A stretch of DNA of 64,000 nt from assembly GCA_964585935.1 (NCBI GenBank), contig CAZPFO010000004.1, forward strand, positions 779-64,778. Reading direction: 5' to 3'. Shown here one piece after another: positions 54,393-63,829 of the stretch (position 1 is its first letter; the number at the start of each line of letters is the position of its first letter). The notes under the pieces were generated by a model. That model saw only the letters and a program-made list of their open reading frames with translations. It was not told the origin of the DNA and searched no databases. The position numbers were made by a program, and so were the translations under genes. The stretch comes from an uncultured Methanosarcinales archaeon (GTDB lineage Archaea > Nanobdellota > Nanobdellia > Woesearchaeales > GW2011-AR4).

Positions 54393-57035
54393 CTAACTGA
54401 TAATTTCTATAGGCCTGTACCTCACTCTCCTTAACCCATTGTCATAAATTATGATCATGACTTCATAAATTCCGGGCTCTGCATCCTCAGGAATTTCCAG
54501 GATAAATTTCTTTGCAACTCCTTTATTGGTCTTTAGGTCTATATGGCCAATTTTTTGTCTTAAAGCCAGCTCAGGAACAATTATTGTTACAGTAGCATCA
54601 TTTATTTTATAATTTCCTTGGTTTTCAAAATTGACATAAACAACTAAGTCTTCTCCTGCCCTGAGCTCGTCATTCACGATATTGATCTGGTTTATATGTA
54701 TTTTCCTTCTTGGCAGCTTTACTTGTTTTTTATCAGCTTTATCTACATCAATAGTTATTGTGTCTGTTGCCATATCTCCATCAAAATCAATTACAGTTAA
54801 TTTTACTAAATAGCTTCCAGCTTTAAAAATTGCTTTGACTGATTTTTTTATGCTGTCTACAAATCCATCATCATTGAAATCCCATTCATATGCAAAAGGC
54901 TCATTTCCCCCAGTTACATCAGCGTCAAAATTAACCTCTAGTGTGGCTTTTCCCGAGGTCTTATCTGCAATTATTTTTGCGCTTAAATCAATATCGCAAA
55001 CATCTCCTTCATCTGTTTGTCCATCACAATCGTTATCCAAACCATCGCAAATTTCTGAAGGAGGAACTGGACATGAAGCAATACATAGCGAGTAAGTTCC
55101 GCATTGTATATTATTGTAAGAACATGTTAGAGTTTCATGCAAATAGGCATTTTCATCATCACAATCAATTGGACCGCAATCACCCCCTTCAACATTAAAT
55201 CCATCCTCATCTTGATCGGTGCACTCAGGCATGCAAACATCTCCTTCATCTGTTTGTCCATCACAATCGTTATCCAAACCATCGCAAATTTCAGTTGTTG
55301 GGTCTCCAGCAACAGCATTGCATTGTGTTCCTGTTCCATCTGCTGTGCAAACAAAAACACCAGTAGCTTGGCACTCTCCAAGACCAACACTGCAAGAACC
55401 TCCAAGATTAGTAAAATCCTCGTCAATTAATTCATTGCAATTATCATCCACACCATTGCACATCTCAGTTGCTCCTGGATTGATATATTCATTATTATCA
55501 TCGCAATCAAGGTCAGGATAAGTACATGATATTGATACAGGATCTCCATATCCATCCACATCTTTATCAGCACAAACAGGTGGAGCTTCTTCCACATTAA
55601 TAACTACAAAATCTGAATCATAATCACCATCTATGTCTGTAACTTTGCATTCTGCTGTATAAACTCCATCATTGTCATAAGTATGAGCTGGATTTTGATC
55701 TGCAGTTGTTTCTCCATCTCCAAAATTCCATGAATACGTGTAAGGCTCAATTCCACCAGTAGCAGAACAGGTAAAGTAAACAGTTAATGGCTCTGTTCCC
55801 GATGTTGGGTCTGCTGTTACAGTTGCAGTTGGTTTTATTTCTGGATTGTTGCTTACTCTCCTAGTCACACTAATTGTTTCAGGTAAATTTTTAAGACCAT
55901 CACATAATGGGCTGTTTGCAATCCCTATTATGCTTATATTATAAAATCCACTTTGTAAAGTAGTATCCCAATTAAAACCAAACTCAACAGGATAGAAATT
56001 ATCAGGATTTGCTCCTAATGATAATGATTGATAGTTTACTATAGCACCATCAACCTGCCTCGTTATTGTCAAATCAGCATCTGTTGGTACTGGCGTGAAT
56101 ATATAATTATCATCTGCATGGTTGCTTATTTTTTCTGTAGTAATTGTCAATAACTCTCCTTGTATCGGGAATGGATTTGAAGTTGCTAAATCATTAAGAA
56201 TAGTATAACACATATTTCTTGGATTATCTGATAAAACATGAACTAGTTTTGAAGCAGACTCTTCCATTGACGAAGAGCATTTTGTATCTATAACATCAGT
56301 TGTCACAATTATTTTATGTTTGCCGGCTTTTGTTGGCACCCACTCAAACTCAACTCTTTCTGAGCCGCTGTGAATTATTGTTATATCCTTAATTTGCTCA
56401 TCAACTAACACATTATTATAATCATAAATTCTTAATGTAACTCTTGTCTGCACAGAAAAATGACTTTCTAATTGAGGTGGTTCATACCCTATTGGCCCAG
56501 CTCTCTGTAATGCAGAATATGTAGTTGCATCAATACCCACATCAACACCAACAACAAGAGGAATGTTAGGTTGAACTTCATTAACAACATTTAAATTTTC
56601 AATTGGAGAATGGCAGTTTTCTTTTTTGCTTAAGTAATTGTATATTGGCCCTTGAGGGTCCCTTGGATCATCAGGCCCTCCCCACATTGCATGAGTTTCC
56701 CAGGGTATATAACCTTCTTTATAATAAAATATAGCATATCCATATGGAGATTGTAACTGTGTAGGATACGTCAGTTGTATTTTATCGTCTCCCGAATTTA
56801 AGACTTGACCCCCCCATAATTTTGTACTCTTCACATTGTCGCATTTGCTGTCATCACAAACAAAGCCAATAACATTTACATTATCCACAGGCGTTATGGT
56901 AGGAGTAAAAACACTATCTACAGCTATCCTCCCTTCTCTTAAAATATAATTAACATACCTTTCAGCAGAAACAGGCAAAACAAATAGAGAGAATACTAAG
57001 ACAATAAACAAAATTTTAATTATTTTTTTTATCAA
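54393..57035 (-). CDS. secreted protein with PKD domains and Cys/Asp-rich MopE-like (DNDCDG) repeats
   Basis: Two PKD-like units (EPLTVYFTCSATGG...YSWNFGDG...HTY; LEVNFDADVTGG...YEWDFNDDG). Several CDGxDNDCDGxxDE units. Confidence 0.75.
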   Translation of the reverse strand: MIKKIIKILFIVLVFSLFVLPVSAERYVNYILREGRIAVDSVFTPTITPVDNVNVIGFVCDDSKCDNVKSTKLWGGQVLNSGDDKIQLTYPTQLQSPYGYAIFYYKEGYIPWETHAMWGGPDDPRDPQGPIYNYLSKKENCHSPIENLNVVNEVQPNIPLVVGVDVGIDATTYSALQRAGPIGYEPPQLESHFSVQTRVTLRIYDYNNVLVDEQIKDITIIHSGSERVEFEWVPTKAGKHKIIVTTDVIDTKCSSSMEESASKLVHVLSDNPRNMCYTILNDLATSNPFPIQGELLTITTEKISNHADDNYIFTPVPTDADLTITRQVDGAIVNYQSLSLGANPDNFYPVEFGFNWDTTLQSGFYNISIIGIANSPLCDGLKNLPETISVTRRVSNNPEIKPTATVTADPTSGTEPLTVYFTCSATGGIEPYTYSWNFGDGETTADQNPAHTYDNDGVYTAECKVTDIDGDYDSDFVVINVEEAPPVCADKDVDGYGDPVSISCTYPDLDCDDNNEYINPGATEMCNGVDDNCNELIDEDFTNLGGSCSVGLGECQATGVFVCTADGTGTQCNAVAGDPTTEICDGLDNDCDGQTDEGDVCMPECTDQDEDGFNVEGGDCGPIDCDDENAYLHETLTCSYNNIQCGTYSLCIASCPVPPSEICDGLDNDCDGQTDEGDVCDIDLSAKIIADKTSGKATLEVNFDADVTGGNEPFAYEWDFNDDGFVDSIKKSVKAIFKAGSYLVKLTVIDFDGDMATDTITIDVDKADKKQVKLPRRKIHINQINIVNDELRAGEDLVVYVNFENQGNYKINDATVTIIVPELALRQKIGHIDLKTNKGVAKKFILEIPEDAEPGIYEVMIIIYDNGLRRVRYRPIEIIS
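54996..55055. repeat. 60-bp perfect direct repeat, copy 1 (intragenic)
   Basis: GCAAACATCTCCTTCATCTGTTTGTCCATCACAATCGTTATCCAAACCATCGCAAATTTC is identical to 55233-55292. Encodes EICDGLDNDCDGQTDEGDVC on the minus strand. Confidence 0.9.
55233..55292. repeat. 60-bp perfect direct repeat, copy 2 (intragenic)
   Basis: Identical to 54996-55055. Confidence 0.9.
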
Positions 57036-57077
57036 CTTTATCCCTCAGTTCACACAAATAAAAATATTTTTGATTAG

Positions 57078-57776
57078 TTACTCACTGCTAGGACCTGAAC
57101 TTTCACTATCGGATGTTGAAGTAGTAGTAGTAGGTCCACCCATATCCAATCCCCCCTTTCGTCCGATACTAAGCTTATACCATTTTCTACTCTCTCCTTT
57201 TTTACCAGAAGGGCTTACAACTGGTGTTTCTACTTCCGTAAAATCAGCAGTATTGTAGTTCCCATCTCTCCTAAGAATATAAATTCCATTAAGTTTTGTG
57301 GTAAATGGGCTATACCCTTTCCTAACCTCCCCTTCTTCTATTTTAACACCATCAACAGGTATTGGTGCTTTCAAATTTCCTTTTGTATTTCTCGATCTCT
57401 TGTAGGTCACAAATTCAATTGCCTCTTCTATTGTGCCAAGAGGTGTTACAAGTTCTCCTGTTTCTTCATTCTTTTTTAGTTTGATATTATGCTTTGATTC
57501 CTGGAGAAAGATGTCACCGGCATACTTAAGATCATATAAAACAACCATCCGATCCTCATTTCCTTCAAAAAACCTTAACATATAGAATTTTTTGTCTCTT
57601 AGCTTATCACATAAATTATTTCCCTTACAATCAACAGCTGCTTCTAGTAAATCTGGAAGTCCTCCTACAGCTGAAATAGCTGCAGCACCCAAACCTAATC
57701 TAAGAAAATCTCTCCTATCCATCCGCTTAAGGTTATATCCTGGACTTGGTTTATACATCAACAATGCCCCCAACAA
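57078..57776 (-). CDS. exported protein with twin-arginine-like signal, function unknown
   Basis: MDRRDFLRLGLGAAAISAVGG fits S/T-R-R-x-F-L-K. The likely start is this internal Met at 57722 rather than 57776. Thr/Ser-rich C-terminal tail. Confidence 0.5.
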   Translation of the reverse strand: MLGALLMYKPSPGYNLKRMDRRDFLRLGLGAAAISAVGGLPDLLEAAVDCKGNNLCDKLRDKKFYMLRFFEGNEDRMVVLYDLKYAGDIFLQESKHNIKLKKNEETGELVTPLGTIEEAIEFVTYKRSRNTKGNLKAPIPVDGVKIEEGEVRKGYSPFTTKLNGIYILRRDGNYNTADFTEVETPVVSPSGKKGESRKWYKLSIGRKGGLDMGGPTTTTSTSDSESSGPSSE

Positions 57777-57904
57777 TATCTAATCTAAGGAAGAATAATC
57801 ATATATTTAAACCTTTCCATTCATTTATCATTTTAAAGTGATAACTAGTATCCTCTATAAACATCAATCAATAACTATTTAAAATAAATTGGTTTTCCAA
57901 AAAT

Positions 57905-58003
57905 CTACGCAGATGAAGCGCAAACCCACTCAGTGTAGGGGCGGGCCATTGTGCTGGTTCTGCGCAGACGGGGAGGTTAAACCTCCGCAACGCTAGTTGT
58001 GGA
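57905..58003. ncRNA. GC-rich island, candidate small structured RNA
   Basis: About 100 nt, visibly GC-rich within an AT-rich intergenic region. GCGCAAACC (57918-26) pairs with GGTTCTGCGC (57956-65) with one bulge. GGAGG-TTAAA-CCTCC hairpin at 57972-86. 10-nt palindrome TCTGCGCAGA at 57959-68. On the minus strand it is followed by a U5 run. Confidence 0.25.
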
Positions 58004-58015
58004 GATACTAAAATA

Positions 58016-59104
58016 ATGATAAATATAATAGGAGCAGGACCTGCCGGACTATACACTGCTTTCTTGCTTGCAAAACAAGGAAAAGAAGTGAATGTTTTTG
58101 AAGAACATAGTATAGTGGGAAAACCGGTTCAATGCACAGGCATCACAACATCCCACTTAAAAAATTTCATAGAGATAAAAAAAGGATTTCTGGTGAACAG
58201 GGTAAATACAGCAAGAGTTTATTCCAGTAAAAACTTTATTGATTTTAAGCTAAAAGAAGAAAACATAATAATAGACCGAACAAAATTTGACCAATACCTT
58301 GCAGAAAAAGCTGAAAACGCAGGAGCAAATATATTCCTAAAACACAAATTTATCGGCTATAAAAAAGATGAAATCGTAATTAAAGAAAATAATAAAATTA
58401 AAAAAATAAAAACCAAAATCCTGATTGGGGCTGACGGGCCTTTAAGCAAAGTCTCTAAGATCATAAACAAAAACAAAATAAATTTCTGGACAGGACTGCA
58501 GGCAACAGTAAAAATAAACACACCCAAAAACATTTTTGAAACGCACCTTGGAAGCATTGCTCCGGAATTCTTTGCGTGGCTTGTCCCTGAAAACAATAAA
58601 ACAGCAAGAGTGGGCCTTGCAACAAAAAAGAATATCAATATCTGCTTTAACAAATTTCTAAAATTAAAAAACATAAAGCAAAAAGATATTATTGAGCGCC
58701 AGGCAGGCATCATCCCCCTTTACAATCCAAAACTAAAAATAAAAGAAAACAATATCTTCCTTGTAGGGGATGCTGCAACGCAGGTAAAAGCCACGACAGG
58801 CGGAGGCCTCATACCTTCTTTATCCTCAGCCAAGATACTTGCCAACTCAATAATAAAAAATAAAGATTATGAAAAAGAATTTAAAAAAAATATTGGCAGG
58901 GAATTATTTATATCTTTAAAGATAAGAAATATTCTAAACAAATTCACAGATAAAGATTATAATCGCCTGATAGAGCTCTGCAAAAATAAAAAAATAAAAA
59001 TTATAATTGAAAATCATGACAGGGAATACCCCTCAAAGTTTATGGTCAAATTGTTAATAGCAGAACCAAGGTTTTTTTATTTTCTAAAATGCCTTTTGCC
59101 TTAA
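58016..59104 (+). CDS. geranylgeranyl reductase-family FAD-dependent oxidoreductase
   Basis: IIGAGPAGLYTAFLLAKQG FAD motif, GADGPLS and VGDAATQVKATTGGG motifs, typical of archaeal lipid GGR. Confidence 0.85.
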   Translation: MINIIGAGPAGLYTAFLLAKQGKEVNVFEEHSIVGKPVQCTGITTSHLKNFIEIKKGFLVNRVNTARVYSSKNFIDFKLKEENIIIDRTKFDQYLAEKAENAGANIFLKHKFIGYKKDEIVIKENNKIKKIKTKILIGADGPLSKVSKIINKNKINFWTGLQATVKINTPKNIFETHLGSIAPEFFAWLVPENNKTARVGLATKKNINICFNKFLKLKNIKQKDIIERQAGIIPLYNPKLKIKENNIFLVGDAATQVKATTGGGLIPSLSSAKILANSIIKNKDYEKEFKKNIGRELFISLKIRNILNKFTDKDYNRLIELCKNKKIKIIIENHDREYPSKFMVKLLIAEPRFFYFLKCLLP

Positions 59105-59116
59105 ATTTTAAATCTA

Positions 59117-59261
59117 TATCTGCTGACAATGCCAACTTTTGCCAGATTTGCCTTGTGATTCGTAAGACAACCGGAAGCTAAAACATTTGAGGCAAGACTG
59201 ATTCTTTTTCAACACTACCCGCAAAAGTTTTTGCCAAATCTAGCCGGCCTGTTAGCAGATA
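59117..59261. other. intergenic element with long-range complementarity
   Basis: TATCTGCTGACA (59117-28) pairs with TGTTAGCAGATA (59250-61), 12 bp with one G-U. Internal alternatives: ACTTTTGC/GCAAAAGT (59135-42 / 59221-28) and GCCAGATTTG/CAAATCTAGC (59141-50 / 59235-44). Confidence 0.25.
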
Positions 59262-59308
59262 CTTAAATCCAAAAGTTTTTAAAATAGGTATCTTTCCCTG
59301 CAAGCAAC

Positions 59309-62300
59309 ATGAAAGAAGAGAACAATGAAGAGGAGATTTCTATTGACCTAAGCAAGATAACTAATTTCTTCAGGAAAAAAAAGAAAGAAAAAGCAGAAGA
59401 GATAAAGGAAGATGTTGAGAAATTAGAAGAAAAAAAATCAGAGATGCCTAAAGAAGACCAGATAAAAATAAAGGAGATCAAAACCGAAGTTAGAGAAGAA
59501 GTTAAGGAAGCAGAAAAAATAGACAAAGAAGAAAAAAAGTTTGAAGAAGATATCAAAGAGACAAAAGAAAAGATTGAAGGGGTAAAGGAAGATATAGAAA
59601 AAGAGGACGATGAAATTGCTATAGACTTCGGAAAAATAACTAAATTCTTTAAAAAAGAGAAAAAACAGGAAACTGGTAAAATAGAAAAAACATCTGAAAG
59701 TGATGAAGATGAAATATCATTCGACTTTGGCAAAATAAAAAATATTTTCAGAAGAAAAAAAGAAACTGAAGATGAAGATGCAATTGCGATTGACTGGAAA
59801 AAAACAGGAGATTTTGTTAAAAAATATCAAATAGTCTTTCTTTTATTGATCCCGATATTATTTTCAATTTTTTTAAGGGTTCAGTCTGCTTATCTTCCAA
59901 TAACAGACGACTGGGCAGAGGACTCAGTAATAAACAATCTAAGAAACCAGGTAAGATCTCAGGTAGACCAACAATATCCTAATTTGCCTCCTGATAATAA
60001 AAATGACATAGTAGAAAGAGAGGTAAATAAATTACTAAAAGAACAAAAAGGCCAGATACAGCAGCAGATTCAAGGAACCTCAAATTATTTCAAGTCCAGG
60101 CTGCAGGACGACAAAGGCCAGACCTACCTGCTGGCAATTGATCCCTGGTTCTGGATGAGGCACGCCAGAAATGTCTTAGAAAATGGCCATCCAGGAGATG
60201 AAATAAAAGAGGGTATTCCATGGGACAACCATATGTTCGCGCCAGGTGGAAGAGGAACACCCCCTGACATGTTCCACGCATATTTTGAAGCATACTTGTA
60301 CAGATTCCTGAACTTCTTTAATAGAGACTTAGACCTAATGAAAGTTGTTTTTTATGTTCCAGTCATTCTTTCTGCATTGTCTGTTATACCAGCATTTTTC
60401 ATAACAAGGCGCCTAGGTGGAAATTTTGGAGGATTCATAGGTGCATTTATAGTTGCAATACACCCAGCATTCCTGAACAGGACCGCAGGAGGTTTTGCTG
60501 ATACTGACGCCTATAATGTCTTATTCCCATTAATGATAACATGGCTTTTCCTTGAAGCATTGGAATCAAAAAGCCTAAAAAGAGGAACAATCCTAAGCAG
60601 TTTGTCAGGAATTCTTGTTGGATTCTTTGCATTCTCATGGGGTGGTTGGTGGTTCATATTTGATTTTATAATTGCCTCAACCATAATTTATTTGCTCTAT
60701 TATCTTATAATACACAGAAAAGAATTAAAACAAGGTGTAACAAATCTTTTAAAAAAAATAGAAATAAAAAATACATTGATTACCCTTTTATTTTTTACTG
60801 TCTTTTCTGCAATATTTGTTAGTATTTTCAAGAGTTTTTCTTCTTTTATCAATAGCGCAGTGCGTAATCCCCTTGGATTTGCACGCCTAAAAGAAGTGGG
60901 TATAACAACTGTCTGGCCAAACGTCTTTACAACCGTCGCTGAACAGAACCCTGCTTCGCTTAACTCTGTAATAAGCCAGATTGGGATGGGAAAATGGATC
61001 TTTTTATTATTAGCTCTGGTAGGAATTGTACTGACACTAACAAGATTAAAAGAAGAAAAACCTTGGTTTATTTTGGGAACTGTTGCATGGTATATAATTA
61101 TATTTATTATGAACCCTCAAAACCTGAATATATTTTTAGTCTTGATAAGTATACCAATAATCATTAGGCTTGGTTGGGCAATCATAAAATCTGACACAGA
61201 GATAGACATAAAATACTCGCTAATCCTGATAATCTGGCTCATTGCTACAATTTACGCCAGTGTTAAGGGAATTAGATTTATGTTGTTATTGGTCCCGCCA
61301 TTTGCAATTGGTTTTGGCATAGCCATGGGCTGGATTTATGACTATGCAAATAAATGGATAACAAAAGGACTGCATATCAACCAGTACATATCAAAGATAA
61401 CAGTTATCATTTTGTTGTCCCTCCTTTTAATAAGCCCATATAAAGCTGCTGCAGATACCTCAAAACACGAAATTCCAAGCATGAATGATGCATGGTACAA
61501 TTCATTAACCAAAATAAAGCAGGAATCTGCTCCAGACGCTATTATCAACTCATGGTGGGACTTTGGCCACTGGTTTAAGTATATTGGTGACAGGGCAGTA
61601 ACTTTTGATGGTACATCTCAAAATACCCAACAAGCCCATTGGATAGGCCAAGTATTATTGACTTCAGATGAGGATACAGCAGTCGGTATATTGAGTATGC
61701 TTGACTGCAGCGGCTACGTTGGAGGATCTTATGCTTATAATTTAATTCGTGATACTATAAAAGACGAACCTAAGTCAATAAATCTCCTATATGAGATAAT
61801 GCCTGTAAACAAAGAGGAAGCTAAAGATATTCTATTGAAGAACAATTTCAAAGAAGAGGAGATTAGTGAAATATTGGATTACACTCACTGTGAGCCTCCT
61901 GAAGATTATTTTATAACATCACAGGATATGATCGGAAAAGCAGGCGTATGGTCTCATTTTGGCTCTTGGGATTTCAACAGGGCTTTGATTTACAACACAT
62001 TAAAGAAAAAAGAGTACAAGGATGATATAGAAAAAAGCGCAGAGTTTTTACAGGAAAGATTTAATTATTCAGAAAATGAAGCAGAAAGTCTGTTCTACGA
62101 AGTTGCGGCTATAACAGACAGCAGTCAAGCAAATAACTGGATAGCCCCCTGGCCAGGCTACGCTGGTTCTCTTGGTTGTGGAAAAATAGATGATGAAACA
62201 TTAAAATGCGGTGACTTTTTAGTAAACCTTACCACTTATGACATCTATGTTCCTACAACAGAAGGAAATAAACATCCTAAAAAAGCCTCATTCCAGACCA

Positions 62301-62788
62301 ATGAAGATTTGATTTTAAAAGAATATAATGAGAATGTTATAAACCTACAAAATAATAGAGGCTTAGGAACAGCCCTGATAAAAAATGGCAATAGTTATAG
62401 TTTGTTGCAAATGGATGAGGCATTGACAGCAAGCATATTCACAAGATTGTTTTACATGGAAGGCATTGGCTTAAAACATTTCAAAAAATTCAGTGATGAG
62501 AGGAGCATAACAGGTGGCAGGATTATTGTCTGGAAAGTTGACTGGGAAGGCAAAGAGAAGAACATTATAGAAGAGCCAGTTGAAGAACTTCCAGAAACAG
62601 ATGAAGAGGAAGAAATTATAGACGGAGTCCAAGAAGAAAACCTAGGGGAAGAGAACAAAACAGAAGAAGAAATTGATGAAGAAACAACAGGGGGAAATAT
62701 AACTGATGAGCCAAAGGCTGAAGAAACAGAAGATAATGTAACAGAAGCTCCCGATACAGCTGAAGATAATAACACAAATAATTCTTAA
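59309..62788 (+). CDS. aglB: archaeal oligosaccharyltransferase AglB/STT3 with repeat-containing N-terminal extension
   Basis: 1159 aa with about 13 TM helices. Catalytic SWWDFGHW (WWDYG motif). Acidic C-terminal tail. Unusual ~170-aa K/E-rich cytoplasmic N-terminus. Confidence 0.9.
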   Translation: MKEENNEEEISIDLSKITNFFRKKKKEKAEEIKEDVEKLEEKKSEMPKEDQIKIKEIKTEVREEVKEAEKIDKEEKKFEEDIKETKEKIEGVKEDIEKEDDEIAIDFGKITKFFKKEKKQETGKIEKTSESDEDEISFDFGKIKNIFRRKKETEDEDAIAIDWKKTGDFVKKYQIVFLLLIPILFSIFLRVQSAYLPITDDWAEDSVINNLRNQVRSQVDQQYPNLPPDNKNDIVEREVNKLLKEQKGQIQQQIQGTSNYFKSRLQDDKGQTYLLAIDPWFWMRHARNVLENGHPGDEIKEGIPWDNHMFAPGGRGTPPDMFHAYFEAYLYRFLNFFNRDLDLMKVVFYVPVILSALSVIPAFFITRRLGGNFGGFIGAFIVAIHPAFLNRTAGGFADTDAYNVLFPLMITWLFLEALESKSLKRGTILSSLSGILVGFFAFSWGGWWFIFDFIIASTIIYLLYYLIIHRKELKQGVTNLLKKIEIKNTLITLLFFTVFSAIFVSIFKSFSSFINSAVRNPLGFARLKEVGITTVWPNVFTTVAEQNPASLNSVISQIGMGKWIFLLLALVGIVLTLTRLKEEKPWFILGTVAWYIIIFIMNPQNLNIFLVLISIPIIIRLGWAIIKSDTEIDIKYSLILIIWLIATIYASVKGIRFMLLLVPPFAIGFGIAMGWIYDYANKWITKGLHINQYISKITVIILLSLLLISPYKAAADTSKHEIPSMNDAWYNSLTKIKQESAPDAIINSWWDFGHWFKYIGDRAVTFDGTSQNTQQAHWIGQVLLTSDEDTAVGILSMLDCSGYVGGSYAYNLIRDTIKDEPKSINLLYEIMPVNKEEAKDILLKNNFKEEEISEILDYTHCEPPEDYFITSQDMIGKAGVWSHFGSWDFNRALIYNTLKKKEYKDDIEKSAEFLQERFNYSENEAESLFYEVAAITDSSQANNWIAPWPGYAGSLGCGKIDDETLKCGDFLVNLTTYDIYVPTTEGNKHPKKASFQTNEDLILKEYNENVINLQNNRGLGTALIKNGNSYSLLQMDEALTASIFTRLFYMEGIGLKHFKKFSDERSITGGRIIVWKVDWEGKEKNIIEEPVEELPETDEEEEIIDGVQEENLGEENKTEEEIDEETTGGNITDEPKAEETEDNVTEAPDTAEDNNTNNS

Positions 62789-62790
62789 TC

Positions 62791-63468
62791 ATGTCAAAGA
62801 AAAACATATGGGTGGTGGTTCCAGCATATAATGAAGAGAAAAACATTTCTAAAATAATCAGAGGAATAAAAAAATACTCGAAGAATGTTATAATTGTGGA
62901 TGACGGAAGCAAAGACAAAACATCAGAAATAGCAGAAAGAAGCAATGCAGTTGTCTTAAAACATGTTGTCAACATAGGAAAAGGCGCTGCATTGAAAACA
63001 GGCTGCGATTTTGCAGTAAAAAACGGCTCTGAAATGATAATTGTTATTGATGCAGATGCCCAGCACAATCCTGAGGACATCCCAAAATTTATAAACAATT
63101 TAAATGGAGCCGAGATTGTATTTGGCTATAGAAAACTAGATAAAAGAATGCCTTTTATCTTAAAATTCGGTAACTGGTTCATAAACAAAGTAATCAAATA
63201 TTTGTATAATATCAAAGTACGGGACAGTCAATGCGGCTATAGGGCATTCACATCAAGAGCCTACAAAAAGATAAGGTGGCAGGCAGTTAACTACAGCATG
63301 GAAAGTGAGATGATTGCCAATGTCGGCAGAAATAAATTAAAATACAAAGAAGTTCCCATTGAGACTGTATATGGCGACAGATACAAGGGAACAACAATTG
63401 TAGATGGCATTAAGATTGTCATGGACATGTTCCTTTGGAAATTTTTAAGGAGGAAAAAAAATGGCTGA
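62791..63468 (+). CDS. family 2 glycosyltransferase (dolichyl-phosphate sugar synthase-like)
   Basis: VVVPAYNEEKNI...VDDGSKDKT...IDADAQH are GT-A/GT2 motifs. Starts 2 nt after the aglB stop. Confidence 0.85.
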   Translation: MSKKNIWVVVPAYNEEKNISKIIRGIKKYSKNVIIVDDGSKDKTSEIAERSNAVVLKHVVNIGKGAALKTGCDFAVKNGSEMIIVIDADAQHNPEDIPKFINNLNGAEIVFGYRKLDKRMPFILKFGNWFINKVIKYLYNIKVRDSQCGYRAFTSRAYKKIRWQAVNYSMESEMIANVGRNKLKYKEVPIETVYGDRYKGTTIVDGIKIVMDMFLWKFLRRKKNG

Positions 63469-63805
63469 AATACTCGGAATACAGATCATTGGCATTTTAT
63501 TTGGTTTTTTTATGATGTACTATACTTTTCTGAATTACAAAAGAAAAGAATTCAAGATAGGTGAATATGTTTTTTGGCTTTTGATATGGGCTTTGTTCGT
63601 AATAGTCACAGTTTTGCCGGGCATTCTCGATCCTATTGTAAAAACGCTTGACTTTGCAAGAACGCTTGACTTTTTTATCATAGTTGCCTTTGTATTTTTG
63701 ACAGGAATATCATTTTACATATATACAACCACAAAGAAAAACCAGAACAAGATAGAGCAGATTGTAAGGAAGATAGCTTTCAAAGAAGCTAAAAAGAAGA
63801 AATAG
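63461..63805 (+). CDS. small membrane protein (DUF2304-like) coupled to GT2
   Basis: 114 aa with 3-4 TM helices. Overlaps the GT2 stop by 8 nt. This pairing is common for DUF2304, as I recall. Confidence 0.5.
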   Translation: MAEILGIQIIGILFGFFMMYYTFLNYKRKEFKIGEYVFWLLIWALFVIVTVLPGILDPIVKTLDFARTLDFFIIVAFVFLTGISFYIYTTTKKNQNKIEQIVRKIAFKEAKKKK

Positions 63806-63829
63806 TTATTAGAAAACCTACGCGTCAAT

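Noticed and set aside
57899-57909. Shared 11-mer AAAAATCTACG between the 10.1-kb hairpin array (10135-10145) and the 57.9-kb GC island as evidence for a common RNA family
   Set aside because: A single A-rich 11-mer match in a 64-kb AT-rich window is within chance expectation, and the flanking sequences do not align convincingly.
57868-58056. 62-aa minus-strand ORF overlapping the GC-rich island and the GGR start
   Set aside because: It overlaps the well-supported GGR start codon region, and its sequence is dominated by the GC-rich palindromic block. It is more plausibly non-coding.
59263-59733. 156-aa Ser/Phe-rich minus-strand ORF and 62616..63098 (-) ORF
   Set aside because: They are mirror images of the purine-rich K/E/D-coding ends of aglB. 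They show the low-complexity poly-S/F translation typical of antisense shadows.
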